Shown in pieces: positions 1 through 9,770 of a DNA stretch of 64,000 nucleotides. Each line of letters begins with the position of its first letter. Position 1 is the stretch's first letter. Source of the DNA: Candidatus Omnitrophota bacterium (lineage in GTDB: Bacteria > Omnitrophota > Gorgyraeia > Gygaellales > Profunditerraquicolaceae); contig JBAZTA010000003.1 in assembly GCA_041662125.1 (NCBI GenBank), positions 71,992 through 135,991 on the forward strand, read 5' to 3'. The notes under the pieces are model-generated. The model had not been told where the DNA came from. It was given only the letters and a program-made list of their open reading frames with translations, and did not search any database. Position numbers and translations under genes: made by a program.

Positions 1-552
1 CTGATAAATGATAAAGCCAGGTCATGTTTTTGCGGGCTGATAAAGAATATGCGGGCCCCCAGCGTTCTCCAAAATGCTGTAACGCGCCCGAGCGCTTTTT
101 TATCCGTACTCGTAAGAGGGGTAATGATACAGACAGAATTCATAAAAAGGTTGCCTGAAGCATTTTCAATGCCGCGTTTTTCCGATCCTGCCAGTGGATG
201 GCAGCCGACAAAACGGGGAAACAGCTTTGAGAGGCGCACAACTATTTTTTCTTTTGTGCTGCCTACGTCAATAACGATGCACGTTGGTTTGATCTCCCTG
301 GCGATCGCCGGAGCTAATGCGAGTATTGTTTTGACAGGAGTGGCAAGAATTATAAAGTCTGCGTCTTTTAAAAGCGTGATATCCTGCGAGCCTTTGTCAA
401 TAATGCCTTTTCTTTTGGCTGTAGCAATGGTATGCGCTGAGCGGCTTAAACCCAGTATTGTTTGCGCAAGCTTATGTTTTTTTATATCAAGGGCAAGAGA
501 ACCGCCGATCAATCCTGTTCCCACAATTGCAATCGTATTAAATGGTTTCATA
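1..552 (-). CDS. tyrA: prephenate dehydrogenase (partial, runs off the window start)
   Basis: Reverse-strand translation from the ATG at 550-552 reads MKPFNTIAIVGTGLIGGSLALDIKKH...GCHPLAGSEKRGIENA, a Rossmann NAD-binding N-terminus followed by the HPMAG-like motif typical of TyrA. The frame stays open to position 1. Confidence 0.8.
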
Positions 553-554
553 GG

Positions 555-1571
555 TTATATTTCCCTTAAGACAGCCTGCGCTACCGGTTTTAGTTCCTGC
601 ATGAGTTGATCAAAGGTTGACGGCAAGAGCGACTGCGGCCCGTCAGAAACGGCATCTTCCGGATGGCAGTGGACTTCAATGATGAGCCCGTCTGCCCCGC
701 CAGCTACCGCTGCCTTTGAAAGCGCAGGTACCAGCCCCCATTTTCCTGCCGCGTGGCTGGGGTCAACAATGATAGGCAGATGAGATAATTGTTTCACTAC
801 CGTCACAGCGCTGATGTCGAGAGTGTTACGCGTGGCGTCTTCAAATGTGCGTATGCCGCGTTCACAGAGTATGACATTAAAATTCCCTCCGGCCATGATA
901 TATTCAGCGGACATCAATAACTCTTTAATAGTAGAAGATAACCCTCTCTTTAATAAAACCGGTTTTTTAGCCAACCCGACTTCTTTGAGCAGGTTAAAGT
1001 TTTGCATGTTGCGCGCGCCGATCTGTAATATATCGACGTATTTGGCTACCAGCGCCACATCCCGGGTGTCCATGACTTCGCTTATGGTAACTAAACCAAA
1101 GTTATCTCCGGCTTCTTTGAGATGTTTTAACCCCTCTTCCCCGAGCCCTTGGAAACTGTATGGCGATGTCCGGGGTTTAAATGCGCCCCCGCGCAGTATG
1201 GTCGCTCCTGATTTTTTGACTTCCGCGGCAATTTCCATCAAGGACTCCCGGCTTTCAATTGCGCAGGGCCCTGCCATGACCACAAGTTTTTTCCCGCCGA
1301 TCTTTATTCCTTTACCGACATCAATAACTGAATCTTCTTTTTTGAATTCACGGGAAACGAGTTTATACGGAGCAAGGACCGGGATCACTTTCTCTACTCC
1401 CGGGAAAACTTCCAAAGGAGTATTGCGCAAGATATCTTCCGGGCCGATAACTCCGATAATAGTCCTTTGTGTCCCTTTTGAAAGATGCGGTGTCAATCCC
1501 AGCGATTTAACTTTTTCAACGATATGATTGATTTGTTCGTCAGTCGTATGAGGTTGTAAAACAATGATCAT
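555..1571 (-). CDS. aroF: 3-deoxy-7-phosphoheptulonate (DAHP) synthase, type I-beta with N-terminal regulatory domain
   Basis: 338 aa. The KDO8P/DAHP synthase core ([40 protein letters not shown]) follows a ~70 aa N-terminal ACT/ferredoxin-like extension. Confidence 0.85.
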   Translation of the reverse strand: MIIVLQPHTTDEQINHIVEKVKSLGLTPHLSKGTQRTIIGVIGPEDILRNTPLEVFPGVEKVIPVLAPYKLVSREFKKEDSVIDVGKGIKIGGKKLVVMAGPCAIESRESLMEIAAEVKKSGATILRGGAFKPRTSPYSFQGLGEEGLKHLKEAGDNFGLVTISEVMDTRDVALVAKYVDILQIGARNMQNFNLLKEVGLAKKPVLLKRGLSSTIKELLMSAEYIMAGGNFNVILCERGIRTFEDATRNTLDISAVTVVKQLSHLPIIVDPSHAAGKWGLVPALSKAAVAGGADGLIIEVHCHPEDAVSDGPQSLLPSTFDQLMQELKPVAQAVLREI

Positions 1572-1595
1572 GCCTGTCTCCTCTTTACCGTGCCG

Positions 1596-2675
1596 TTACA
1601 AGATCTCTTTTAAACGTTTAATAAATATTCGGTTTTCAGCCAAACTTCCTATTGAAACGCGGATAAAATCCCTAAGGCCGTATTGCTGCATATCTCGTAT
1701 GATCACGCCTTTTTTAAGAAGTTTTTGGAAGAGCGTGACCCCATCCATGGCAACATCAATGAGGATAAAATTCGCCACTGAGGGTATATACCGTAATCCC
1801 ATCTGATCAAGAGCGTTATAGAGGTATTGTTTTCCCTCGAGCGTCATCTGCCGTGTTTTTCGTAAGAATTCTTTGTCCTGGAGCGCGGCACTCGCAGCTT
1901 GCTGCGCGAGCATGTTTATATTAAAGGGCTGACGGGTTTTTTCCATAAACGGCGTTAATCGAGTGTTAGCAATCGCGTATCCGATCCGTAATCCCGCTAA
2001 TCCGTAAGCCTTGGAAAAAGTTTTCAGAATAATGACATTTTTCTTGATGTAATCCAGTGAATCAGGATAGTCATTAACGTCAATAAAGAGGTCGTAGGCT
2101 TGGTCAAGTACCACAATCACGTTTTGGGGTATTTTGGCCAGAAATCTTTCGAACTCAGATTTAGTAATATACGTACCTGTAGGATTGTTGGGATTAGCAA
2201 TAAATATAAGTTTTGTTTTTTTGTTGACTGCACGCGTGATCGCCTCTAGATCATACTTGAAATCTTTAAGGGGAATGGTACGAATGAGCTTCGCGTTGAC
2301 TTTTGCAATGATCTCGTATTCTAAAAAAGTGACCTTCGAGGTGATGATGTTCTCGTCATCATTGACGAATGTTTTAATGATGATATCAATGACTTCGTCG
2401 GAACCATTGCCTAAGACAATATTCTCAGGCAGGACTGCCAGCTTTTTTGCCAAGTTTTTTCTGAGATAAAAACTTTGGCTGTCCGGATAACGGTTGATCT
2501 TTAAGAGGTTGCGCTTGATCGCTAAGACCGCTTTAGGCGACGGGCCTAAGGGGTTCTCATTTGAAGCAAGTTTAATGATCCGGGAAAGTTTTAGTTCACG
2601 CTTGGTTTCTTCTATCGGTTTGCCGGCTTTGTACGGGGTTAAGTCAGCGATATTTTTTCTCACGAAGCTATTCAT
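1596..2675 (-). CDS. hisC: histidinol-phosphate/aromatic aminotransferase (class II PLP enzyme)
   Basis: 359 aa with the LASNENPLGPSP motif, FSKAYGLAGLRIGY lysine region and NPNNPTG. It sits inside the aromatic amino-acid operon, so it likely serves as the Phe/Tyr aminotransferase. Confidence 0.85.
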   Translation of the reverse strand: MNSFVRKNIADLTPYKAGKPIEETKRELKLSRIIKLASNENPLGPSPKAVLAIKRNLLKINRYPDSQSFYLRKNLAKKLAVLPENIVLGNGSDEVIDIIIKTFVNDDENIITSKVTFLEYEIIAKVNAKLIRTIPLKDFKYDLEAITRAVNKKTKLIFIANPNNPTGTYITKSEFERFLAKIPQNVIVVLDQAYDLFIDVNDYPDSLDYIKKNVIILKTFSKAYGLAGLRIGYAIANTRLTPFMEKTRQPFNINMLAQQAASAALQDKEFLRKTRQMTLEGKQYLYNALDQMGLRYIPSVANFILIDVAMDGVTLFQKLLKKGVIIRDMQQYGLRDFIRVSIGSLAENRIFIKRLKEIL

Positions 2676-2685
2676 ATGCCTTCCA

Positions 2686-3747
2686 CTATTCTCCCAGGGG
2701 GTATGACCCTAAAACTTTTAAAAATTTACACGTGTGTTCTAATGCTGCCAGAGCCCTTTTTACTTTCGGCTCTTCATAGTGGCCTTCCAGGTCAACAAAG
2801 AAATAATAATCCCACGCTTTCTTTTTTGAAGGCCGCGATTCGATTTTGGTAAGGTTGATTTTTTCCTTCTTGAACGGGACCAACATTTCGTGGAGCGCTC
2901 CTATCCGGTCTTTAATGGAAAACAAGATCGAAGTCTTATCGTGTCCTGTCGGCGGCACATCAGTTTTTCCAATGACAAAAAAACGTGTCGCGTTATGGGG
3001 TGAGTCTTCTATGTTTTGGGCGACAATGTTTAATTTATATATTTTTGCCGCAAGCAATGAAGCGATGCAGGCAGTATTCTTTCTTTCCGCGGCAATTTGA
3101 GCTGCGCGGGTAGTGCTTGATACTTCGATCCTCTCGGCATCATTGAGATTTTCTTGAAGCCAGATGCGGCATTGCCCGAATACGTGAGGGTTTGAGTACA
3201 CAGCTTTTATTGCTTTTTTCGGGCAGCGCGCTAAAAGGTTGTGCGTGACCTCAAGAATGATCTGAGCGCAGATCTTTAGGTCTGAATCAACGAACATGTC
3301 CAGCGTATGGTTGATCACCCCTTCAATCGAGTTTTCTATAGGAACGACGCCATAGGCGGCATTATCGCGTTCGACTTCCGTAAAGACATCATTAATATTA
3401 TTACAGGGAATGAATTCTACCTGTGAACCGAAGCGTTTTATAGCCGCTAAATGACTGAAAGTTGCTTCCGGGCCAAGATAGGCGATTTTTAACGAGTTGC
3501 CGAATGACAGGCTGCAGGACATTATTTCTCGGTAGATCGCTTCGAGCGCTTTACTGTTTAACGGGCCTTTATTGATCCCTGATATTTTCTTGAATACTTC
3601 CCGCTCGCGGTCAGGAGAATATACGCTTTTTCCCGCTTTGATCTTTACGCCGGCGATCGTTTGTGAAGTCTTGAGGCGTTTATTAAGCAGAGCAATGATG
3701 TTTTGATCGATTGAATCAATTTGTTTGCGCAGGTTCTCGAGTTTCAT
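2686..3747 (-). CDS. pheA: bifunctional chorismate mutase / prephenate dehydratase (P-protein)
   Basis: 353 aa: N-terminal CM_2 (LRKQIDSIDQNIIALLNKR), PDT domain (IAYLGPEATFSH, ESRP), and C-terminal ACT domain. Confidence 0.9.
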   Translation of the reverse strand: MKLENLRKQIDSIDQNIIALLNKRLKTSQTIAGVKIKAGKSVYSPDREREVFKKISGINKGPLNSKALEAIYREIMSCSLSFGNSLKIAYLGPEATFSHLAAIKRFGSQVEFIPCNNINDVFTEVERDNAAYGVVPIENSIEGVINHTLDMFVDSDLKICAQIILEVTHNLLARCPKKAIKAVYSNPHVFGQCRIWLQENLNDAERIEVSSTTRAAQIAAERKNTACIASLLAAKIYKLNIVAQNIEDSPHNATRFFVIGKTDVPPTGHDKTSILFSIKDRIGALHEMLVPFKKEKINLTKIESRPSKKKAWDYYFFVDLEGHYEEPKVKRALAALEHTCKFLKVLGSYPLGE

Positions 3748-4387
3748 TCTCCGGTTCTCCTTTAGTTAATGAAGCAGCTAGATCACCTTTTTCGATTTTA
3801 GGCAGTTCTTCTAAAGTGTTTAACCCGAAATATTCCAGGAACATTCTCGTGGTCCCGTAGACTTTAGGATTGCCCGGCGCTTTTTTTCTGCCGATGATCC
3901 TGATCAGGCTTTTCTCAAGCAGTGTTTTCATGACGCCATCGACATTTACTTTCCGCAGCGTTTCTATCTCTAATTTTGTCAGAGGCTGTTTATAGGCGAT
4001 AATTGCCAATGTTTCAAGTGCCGGTTTCGATAGTTTGTCGGAATGGGGGTCTTTGTATAATTTACGCAAAAATGTTATAAATTCAGGGGCTGCGATCATT
4101 TGAAAGCCGCCGGCGACTTCATATAACCGGATCCCCCGGTTTGTTGACTCATATTCCGATTTTAACGCATTAAGCACCGAACGGATCTCGTCTGCGGTCA
4201 AATGAGTAAAGACCTTTTTTATCTGTTCAATAAGCAGGGTTTTATCGTTTAAAAACAGCATCGCTTCAATCGCTGATTTTGTGTTGTCATGCGCATGCGC
4301 TGCGTATTCGAGAGTACTGGTTTTTGTCTCTTCTGGCGCGGCAGCGGCCGTTGGCTGTTCGGCTTCTTGTGCGTTTTCTTCAATCAT
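3716..4387 (-). CDS. scpB: segregation and condensation protein B
   Basis: 223 aa with the ScpB tandem winged-helix pattern (IEAMLFLNDKTL, LYEVAGGFQM, KPALETLAIIAYKQPLTKLEIE) and an acidic C-terminus. Confidence 0.8.
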   Translation of the reverse strand: MIEENAQEAEQPTAAAAPEETKTSTLEYAAHAHDNTKSAIEAMLFLNDKTLLIEQIKKVFTHLTADEIRSVLNALKSEYESTNRGIRLYEVAGGFQMIAAPEFITFLRKLYKDPHSDKLSKPALETLAIIAYKQPLTKLEIETLRKVNVDGVMKTLLEKSLIRIIGRKKAPGNPKVYGTTRMFLEYFGLNTLEELPKIEKGDLAASLTKGEPENETREPAQTN

Positions 4388-4429
4388 CGCGGTATCCTTT
4401 TTATGGCTTTGGTCGAGTCTCTGGCTATA

Positions 4430-5056
4430 CTATCGGATCTTGCGTTGTTTATAAACTTCGTTAAGCAGCTCTTCGGTTGTTTTAATGTTTTTGTTGTGTA
4501 GCAGTGCTTTTTTAAGCATAACGCAAGCTTCTGGTTTTTTGTATTCAAGCTGCATTAAGACCGCTAACGCTTCTTCTTCCATGGGCAACGTGACTGTTGG
4601 TTTCGTTGTTTCTGTGGAATCCTGAATAAGCCCGAATTTTCCTATTTTATTCTGAAGTTTAGCGATAATTTCTTTCGCGCGCTGTTGGCCTATCCCGGGA
4701 AGTGATTTCAAGAATTCGACATTGGCTTCATCAATGGCCTGGGCGATCAATGAGATCGGTTGATTTAATGCCTTCAGCGCTGCCCGCGGCCCGATCCCTG
4801 ATACCGTAATAAAGTTTTCGAAAAATTCTTTTTCCAGTTGATTCACAAACCCGATAAGTATCGGGATACTTTTTGATTGATCAACCTGTAAATAATGGTA
4901 CGTAATAAGGTTGATTATTTTATCGGGAGATACAAATTCAGGTAACCGCTGCATTACGGTTACCGGTATGAATACTTCATAGGTAAATCCTCCGGTTGAG
5001 ATGAGGAGGTAGTTTGGTCCTTTTTCAACTATAGTTCCTGAAATGCGGGCGATCAT
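4430..5056 (-). CDS. ruvA: Holliday junction DNA helicase RuvA
   Basis: 208 aa. MIARISGTIVEK is an OB fold, followed by the HhH motifs LPGIGQQRAKEII and a C-terminal RuvB-interaction domain. Confidence 0.9.
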   Translation of the reverse strand: MIARISGTIVEKGPNYLLISTGGFTYEVFIPVTVMQRLPEFVSPDKIINLITYHYLQVDQSKSIPILIGFVNQLEKEFFENFITVSGIGPRAALKALNQPISLIAQAIDEANVEFLKSLPGIGQQRAKEIIAKLQNKIGKFGLIQDSTETTKPTVTLPMEEEALAVLMQLEYKKPEACVMLKKALLHNKNIKTTEELLNEVYKQRKIR

Positions 5057-5562
5057 GCTTTTTGTGAGCCTTGTTTTATGAGCGAATCGGCTTTTTCAAA
5101 ATAACTGTATGCCAGGGCTAATGCCAACGCGTCAGTTACGTCGTGATACCGGGGAATACTTTTGAGCTTTAAGGTGCGTAATACCATCTGCTGCACTTGT
5201 TCTTTGGAGGCCTGCCCTTTGCCTACGATCGCTTTTTTTATCTGCGTGGCCGCATATTCCTTAAGCGGTATATTCCCCTTTGCGCAGGCAAGGCAGATGA
5301 TCCCGCGTGCCTGGCCTAAGAGGAATGCCGTTGTCTGGTGATGGCAATGCACGTAAACTTTTTCAAGGACCAAAACATCCGGCTTGTATTCAGATAGTAA
5401 TGCAAGTATCTTTTCGTAAATTATATTCAAACGTTCGGGTAATCTTTGCCGGTAGCGTGTGATGACCGCTCCTGCTTTGAGCAACGATACCCTGTTTTTA
5501 CAGCAATCAATGATACCGTAACCGGTAATTGCTAATGCCGGGTCGATTCCTATGATTCTCAT
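5053..5562 (-). CDS. ruvC: crossover junction endodeoxyribonuclease RuvC
   Basis: 169 aa. MRIIGIDPALAITGYGI shows the RNase H-like fold and catalytic acids. Confidence 0.9.
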   Translation of the reverse strand: MRIIGIDPALAITGYGIIDCCKNRVSLLKAGAVITRYRQRLPERLNIIYEKILALLSEYKPDVLVLEKVYVHCHHQTTAFLLGQARGIICLACAKGNIPLKEYAATQIKKAIVGKGQASKEQVQQMVLRTLKLKSIPRYHDVTDALALALAYSYFEKADSLIKQGSQKA

Positions 5563-5566
5563 GCTT

Positions 5567-6322
5567 TTAATCAGCAGAAGCTATTTGCTCCATTATTTCA
5601 TCGGGTATATCAAAATTGGCATATACTGCCTGCACGTCATCGTGGTTTTCAAGCGATTCGATCAAGGTTAATACCTGTTTTGCTTCCGGGCCTGCTAATT
5701 TAATCGTTGATGACGGAAGCATCGAGAGTTCAGCGGTAAGCCATTTGACCCCTTTTCCCTGGAGCGCTTGTTTTACTTTTTCCAGGTCAGCGGGGCTCGT
5801 AAAGATCTCAAAATTCTTTTCGTCCTGTTTTATGTCTTCGGCGCCTGCGTCAAGGGCGATATTCATTAATGCATCTTCCGCGATCTCTTTTTTGTCAATG
5901 AGGAGGTAGCCTTTTTTAGCGAACATCCAGTTTACCGCTCCTGTCCCTGACATACTGCCGCCTTTTTTCGACAAAATATTGCGCACTTCCGCGGTTGTAC
6001 GGTTTTTATTATCGGTGAGGGCTTCGATCAGGATCGCAACTCCTCCCGGCCCGTAAGATTCATACATGATCGTCTCGTAGGTGACTCCCGGGAGTTCTCC
6101 GGTTCCGCGTTTGATAGCCATTTTGACGTTGTCAGAAGGCATATTTTGTTCTCTGGCCTTGGCTATTGCGGCACGAAGGCTTGAGTTCATTTCCGGGTTA
6201 CCGCCGCCATCGCGCGCGGCCATGGTTATTTCTTTAATTAATTTTGTGTAAACTGCGCCTTTCTTTGCGTCTGTGGCTGCTTTTTTGTGTTTTATTCCAG
6301 CCCATTTTGAATGACCTGACAT
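5567..6322 (-). CDS. yebC: YebC/PmpR family DNA-binding transcriptional regulator
   Basis: 251 aa. The [23 protein letters not shown]-terminus is diagnostic of YebC. Confidence 0.9.
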   Translation of the reverse strand: MSGHSKWAGIKHKKAATDAKKGAVYTKLIKEITMAARDGGGNPEMNSSLRAAIAKAREQNMPSDNVKMAIKRGTGELPGVTYETIMYESYGPGGVAILIEALTDNKNRTTAEVRNILSKKGGSMSGTGAVNWMFAKKGYLLIDKKEIAEDALMNIALDAGAEDIKQDEKNFEIFTSPADLEKVKQALQGKGVKWLTAELSMLPSSTIKLAGPEAKQVLTLIESLENHDDVQAVYANFDIPDEIMEQIASAD

Positions 6323-6454
6323 GACTTCCTCCTTAATTGATTTCTACTTTCGTTTTATTTAATTGAAGTCTATAATCCCTGCTCAAAACCGTTTGCAAAG
6401 TGTATTGAAATAAAATAGCTTTGATCGTGGCTATAAACTGTTACCTGATATAAA

Positions 6455-6957
6455 AAAGGACAGGTAGATAAGCCGAGTTTTGTTATAACCACAGATATCT
6501 TCCAGAAGTAAAACCAGTGTAATTTGAGTTTTATTCCTGTGGTTATGGTGATTATTTCTCTCGATCATCCTGTTGCCAGGAAGACTCAAGCAGCTAACCC
6601 TTCTACCCATCTTGACCTATTACCGTACAAGATTTCAAACGGACCGTTTTTATCTATTCCAGCGCAATGCCGGAATAATGGATAGAACTATTTAACCTTG
6701 CTCCGCGCGGGGTTTTCCGTGCAAACCATATCGCTATGGCTTACGGTAGTCTCTTACACTGCCTTTTCACCTTTACCTCACCGCAATAAAGCGGCGAGGA
6801 AGTTTATTTTCTGTGGCACTTTCCCGACTGAGCACACGCTATATTTCTATAATGCGGCACAATGCTCTTGATTAAAGAGCGCGCTGTCCTCTGGAGCCCG
6901 GACTTTCCTCCCCGATATGCAGGATATCTGGGGCAATCACCTTCTACCTATCCTTAT
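6455..6957 (-). ncRNA. rnpB: RNase P RNA (bacterial type A), long variant ~500 nt
   Basis: The minus-strand RNA contains universally conserved motifs: GGAGGAAAGUCCGGGCUCCA (P4 5' strand, rc of 6889-6909); GGUAAAGGUGAAAAGGCAGUGUAAGAGACUACCG (P10-P12); GGAGCAAGGUUAAAUAG; GGGUAGAAGGGUUAGCUGCUUGAGUC; and 3' ACAAAACUCGGCUUAUC. A P1 helix GGAUAGGUAG/CUACCUGUCC closes the ends. Confidence 0.88.
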
Positions 6958-6974
6958 TGTCAAAGAATACAGAA

Positions 6975-7382
6975 TTACTTTTTAAGCGCTTCTTTTACCG
7001 CTTTTGTTGCTAACGCGTCAGCCCCTTGATTTTGTTCCCGGGGGATATGCTGTATCGTGAAATTCTTAAAACCTGCCATGAGGCGCAGAGCCTGGCCGTA
7101 TAATACTTGTATATTCTGGTTTTTTACTTTGTAAACTTTACGTATCTGGCGGAATAACAGTTCACTATCAGTATAAACATCCACGCTTTCAGCTTTTAAG
7201 AGCAGGCATTCCTGCAGACCGTAAATAAAGGCCGTATATTCCGCGATATTATTTGTCGCTAACCCGATATAGTGAGAAATATCCTTGATCGCCCGGCCAT
7301 TGTGCCAGATGATCACGCCTATCCCGCTGTGCCCGGGATTGCCCTTTGATGCCCCGTCAATATAAATCGTTAATTCTTTCAT
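6975..7382 (-). CDS. rnhA: ribonuclease HI
   Basis: 135 aa. MKELTIYIDGASKGNPG...TNNIAEYTA...YTDSELL...ADALA gives the DEDD catalytic residues of type 1 RNase H. Confidence 0.85.
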   Translation of the reverse strand: MKELTIYIDGASKGNPGHSGIGVIIWHNGRAIKDISHYIGLATNNIAEYTAFIYGLQECLLLKAESVDVYTDSELLFRQIRKVYKVKNQNIQVLYGQALRLMAGFKNFTIQHIPREQNQGADALATKAVKEALKK

Positions 7383-7419
7383 GATGCATTACCGTTTTTC
7401 TACTCATGCATGCGCGCGT

Positions 7420-8148
7420 TTATGAGGGGGTTTCTTCTATATATAATATCCGGTTACAGATGTCACAGCTAATAATATTTTCATACATCTGGACGAGATT
7501 AATGATTTGGGGCGAAACACTCATATGGCATCCCAGGCAGGAACCATCTTTTATGCCGACAATAGCCAGTCCATCCCGGATGGATAATACCCTTTCATAC
7601 TGCGAAAGTATGTTTTTGGCAATGCCGGGAATTATGTGGTTCCTTTGTGATTCTAATTGCGCTAATTGCTCGTCGACTTCTTTTATTTTGTTCTGCACCT
7701 GCGTTTTTTGGCCTTGAAAAGTTTTTTCTTCATTTACCAGGTTTTGTTTTTCTGACTCAAGTTCATTTTTGGTTTTGTCAATTTTCTCAAATGATTCCAA
7801 GATTTTATCCTCAATCACCGACGCATCCGCTTTTGAGGAGGCGATCTGTTGGAGCATGGTTTGGTAATCTTTGTTTGTTTTAAGCGCGAAAAGCTGTCCT
7901 TGGAGCTTCTTGGTAGCTTCTTCTTTGCTGGCTAATTCCAGCTCTTTTTCTTTTTTCTGTTTTTGGAATTCCAATGCTGATTTCTCAAGGCTTAAGAGCT
8001 TTTGTTTTTTTTCTTCAAATGCTGCTTCCAGGGCTTTTATTTCCAGGGGCATGACTTCTTTTTTTTCTTTTAACGAATAAATTTGACTGTCAATTTTCTG
8101 TAATTCTGAGAGCAGCTTAAGTCCTTCTTTTAAATTGACCGTAGGCAA
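7420..8148 (-). CDS. C4-type zinc-ribbon coiled-coil protein (COG1579/DUF164 family)
   Basis: 242 aa. A long coiled coil is followed by the CxxC...CxxC ribbon (GSCLGCHMSV...ISCDICNRILY). This family is commonly adjacent to rnhA. Confidence 0.7.
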   Translation of the reverse strand: MPTVNLKEGLKLLSELQKIDSQIYSLKEKKEVMPLEIKALEAAFEEKKQKLLSLEKSALEFQKQKKEKELELASKEEATKKLQGQLFALKTNKDYQTMLQQIASSKADASVIEDKILESFEKIDKTKNELESEKQNLVNEEKTFQGQKTQVQNKIKEVDEQLAQLESQRNHIIPGIAKNILSQYERVLSIRDGLAIVGIKDGSCLGCHMSVSPQIINLVQMYENIISCDICNRILYIEETPS

Positions 8149-8192
8149 TCTTTTCTCCTTTTATTGTAATTTGTCTCACGTAAAGTTATATA

Positions 8193-8266
8193 TGGGCGCA
8201 GAAGGACTCGGACCTTCGACCTCCACAATGTGAATGTGGCGCTCTAACCAACTGAGCCATGCACCC
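8193..8266 (-). tRNA. tRNA-Val (anticodon CAC)
   Basis: The reverse complement is GGGTGCATGGCTCAGTTGGTTAGAGCGCCACATTCACATTGTGGAGGTCGAAGGTCCGAGTCCTTCTGCGCCCA. It folds as a cloverleaf with a 7-bp acceptor stem, T-loop GGTCGAAGGTCC and anticodon loop TTCACAT. Confidence 0.85.
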
Positions 8267-8304
8267 ATAAAAATATAGAAAGAGTATCCTGTAAAGAGAT
8301 TCCA

Positions 8305-8376
8305 TGGGCCCAGAAGGTATCGAACCTCCGACCAAGTGATTATGAGTCACCTGCTCTACCACTGAGCTATGGGCCC
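8305..8376 (-). tRNA. tRNA with CAT anticodon (elongator Met or Ile2-lysidine type)
   Basis: The reverse complement is GGGCCCATAGCTCAGTGGTAGAGCAGGTGACTCATAATCACTTGGTCGGAGGTTCGATACCTTCTGGGCCCA. Anticodon loop is CTCATAA. The acceptor stem is fully paired with no C1-A72 mismatch, so it is not an initiator. Confidence 0.8.
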
Positions 8377-8536
8377 TAACATACTCAAGGTAATAGTTTT
8401 CCTTAAAAACACAGTACTATAATATACTATTGTAATGATGGTTTTGCAAGTTAAAAATAAAAATTTTCGGCGGGAAGTCCTGTCTCCTTATAGAGCGGCC
8501 TACGGTCAACGCCTGATAGTATCCGTAAAAGGCATT

Positions 8537-9517
8537 TTATTCATGGTTTGTTTTAATCGTTACCTGGTCCCATTTTAGAAATTTCGCCTCTTCGAAGAAA
8601 ACCTGATATTGGGACCCGCTCTTCTGTGAAGGATAAAGCCATACTTCTCTGTTTTTTTGCAGTTTATTTTTTACTAACGGGACTCCCAGTAATCGTTCAA
8701 CCTGGGTAAAGCCCATCTCAGGGGCAAGCATCTTAAACTTTGTAACGTTTTCTCCGGGCTTTATTTGAGCGGTATAGTTTGGCTTTTCTGGTAAGAGGCC
8801 TTCTTGTTGCGGCTTACGTTGTATTGTAGTAACCGGGATACTGATTTGTTGGACGTCTTGTTTGATCTTAGCTTCAACAGCAATAGGTTGAGCTTTTTCC
8901 TGGAGGCTGCCTGAGGCAGGTATTTTTTTATCTGTGGTGTCGATTGATTCCAGTTCTGGTACATAGAGCAAGAGGCTCTTGGCCAGAGTTTTAAATTCAG
9001 AGCTTAAATCATGTATTTGTGAATCCAAGGCTTCAAGGGTAAGGTTTTTATCTGCGTTAAGCTGATAGGCCTTTTTATAGACAGTATAAAGTTCCAGGAG
9101 TATGTTGGAAGTATCGAGATTGGCCGCCGCGTCTTTTTTAAAATCATTGATATCGATTTCAATAAGTGTTTGATTTGTTTCAAGCGTATCAAACTGGCTT
9201 TTGTTATCTCGTAAGAAATCTCCGATGGCATTTTGAAGGTCATGGTTATTCTTCAAAGCGCCGTGCCAAACCCCTGAGGTTTTCTCAAGGAGCTCTAATG
9301 ATACGTTGGTGTTAGTAATGATCTTTTGACTCAGCCCTTTTAGTTTGCAATTGTATTCCATCTGCTTACTTTCTTTTTTGTGTTGAGTTTTCTTCGTAAG
9401 CAGCGTAGAAAATAAAAAGCCCCCTATAAAACAAATAAGGCAGGTTGCGATGCATAAGGGGAAGAATGGGTCGATTTTTTTTGTATGTTTCATAATAAGA
9501 AAAGCAACTCTTTTCAA
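8537..9517 (-). CDS. hypothetical membrane-anchored protein, coiled-coil, possible BamE/SmpA-OmlA-like C-terminal domain
   Basis: 326 aa. An N-terminal TM (PLCIATCLICFIGGFLF) is followed by a low-complexity coiled coil. The C-terminal ~90 aa (GFTQVERLLGVPL...EVWLYP...YQVFFEE) resembles small beta-sheet lipoprotein domains. Confidence 0.45.
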   Translation of the reverse strand: MKRVAFLIMKHTKKIDPFFPLCIATCLICFIGGFLFSTLLTKKTQHKKESKQMEYNCKLKGLSQKIITNTNVSLELLEKTSGVWHGALKNNHDLQNAIGDFLRDNKSQFDTLETNQTLIEIDINDFKKDAAANLDTSNILLELYTVYKKAYQLNADKNLTLEALDSQIHDLSSEFKTLAKSLLLYVPELESIDTTDKKIPASGSLQEKAQPIAVEAKIKQDVQQISIPVTTIQRKPQQEGLLPEKPNYTAQIKPGENVTKFKMLAPEMGFTQVERLLGVPLVKNKLQKNREVWLYPSQKSGSQYQVFFEEAKFLKWDQVTIKTNHE

Positions 9518-9770
9518 CTTAAAAAAGTTGCTTTTTAAAAGTTTTGAAAAGACTCCTCCATTTCTTTATAAAGCATATTTCATGCCAAAATAAACAAATG
9601 GCGCTTTCATTCTGTTGTTTTTTAAACCCTTTCCTTACAAGTGGTTATAATCAGGATGAACAGAAGGTTTTTGGTTTATTCACTCGCAATGTTCACAATG
9701 ATGCAAATTGAATTCAAAAGACCCCCTTTTGCCTTCATTTTGTAAACATTTTTTAAGCCATGCGGGTGTT

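Noticed and set aside
49-609. Plus-strand ORF of 186 aa at the window start
   Set aside because: It lies antisense to a clear minus-strand prephenate dehydrogenase N-terminus (MKPFNTIAIVGTGLIGGS…). Its own product has no recognisable domain and is rich in Ser/Ala/Ile as expected for an antisense frame.
814-1527. Plus-strand 237 aa ORF, plus the many other plus-strand ORFs of 60-200 aa across the window (e.g. 5616-5909, 14864-15124, 21259-21744, 27121-27564, 54485-55084, 56611-57240)
   Set aside because: Each is fully contained in, and antisense to, a minus-strand gene with strong family signatures. None shows motifs, and the whole window is transcribed leftwards.
9518-9770. 250-nt intergenic region with a GC hairpin (AAGCAACT…AGTTGCTT) and a 20-codon ORF
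   Set aside because: The hairpin overlaps the next start codon and is followed by U-tracts on both strands. The short ORF has no RBS or conservation evidence, so it was noted only as a possible bidirectional terminator.
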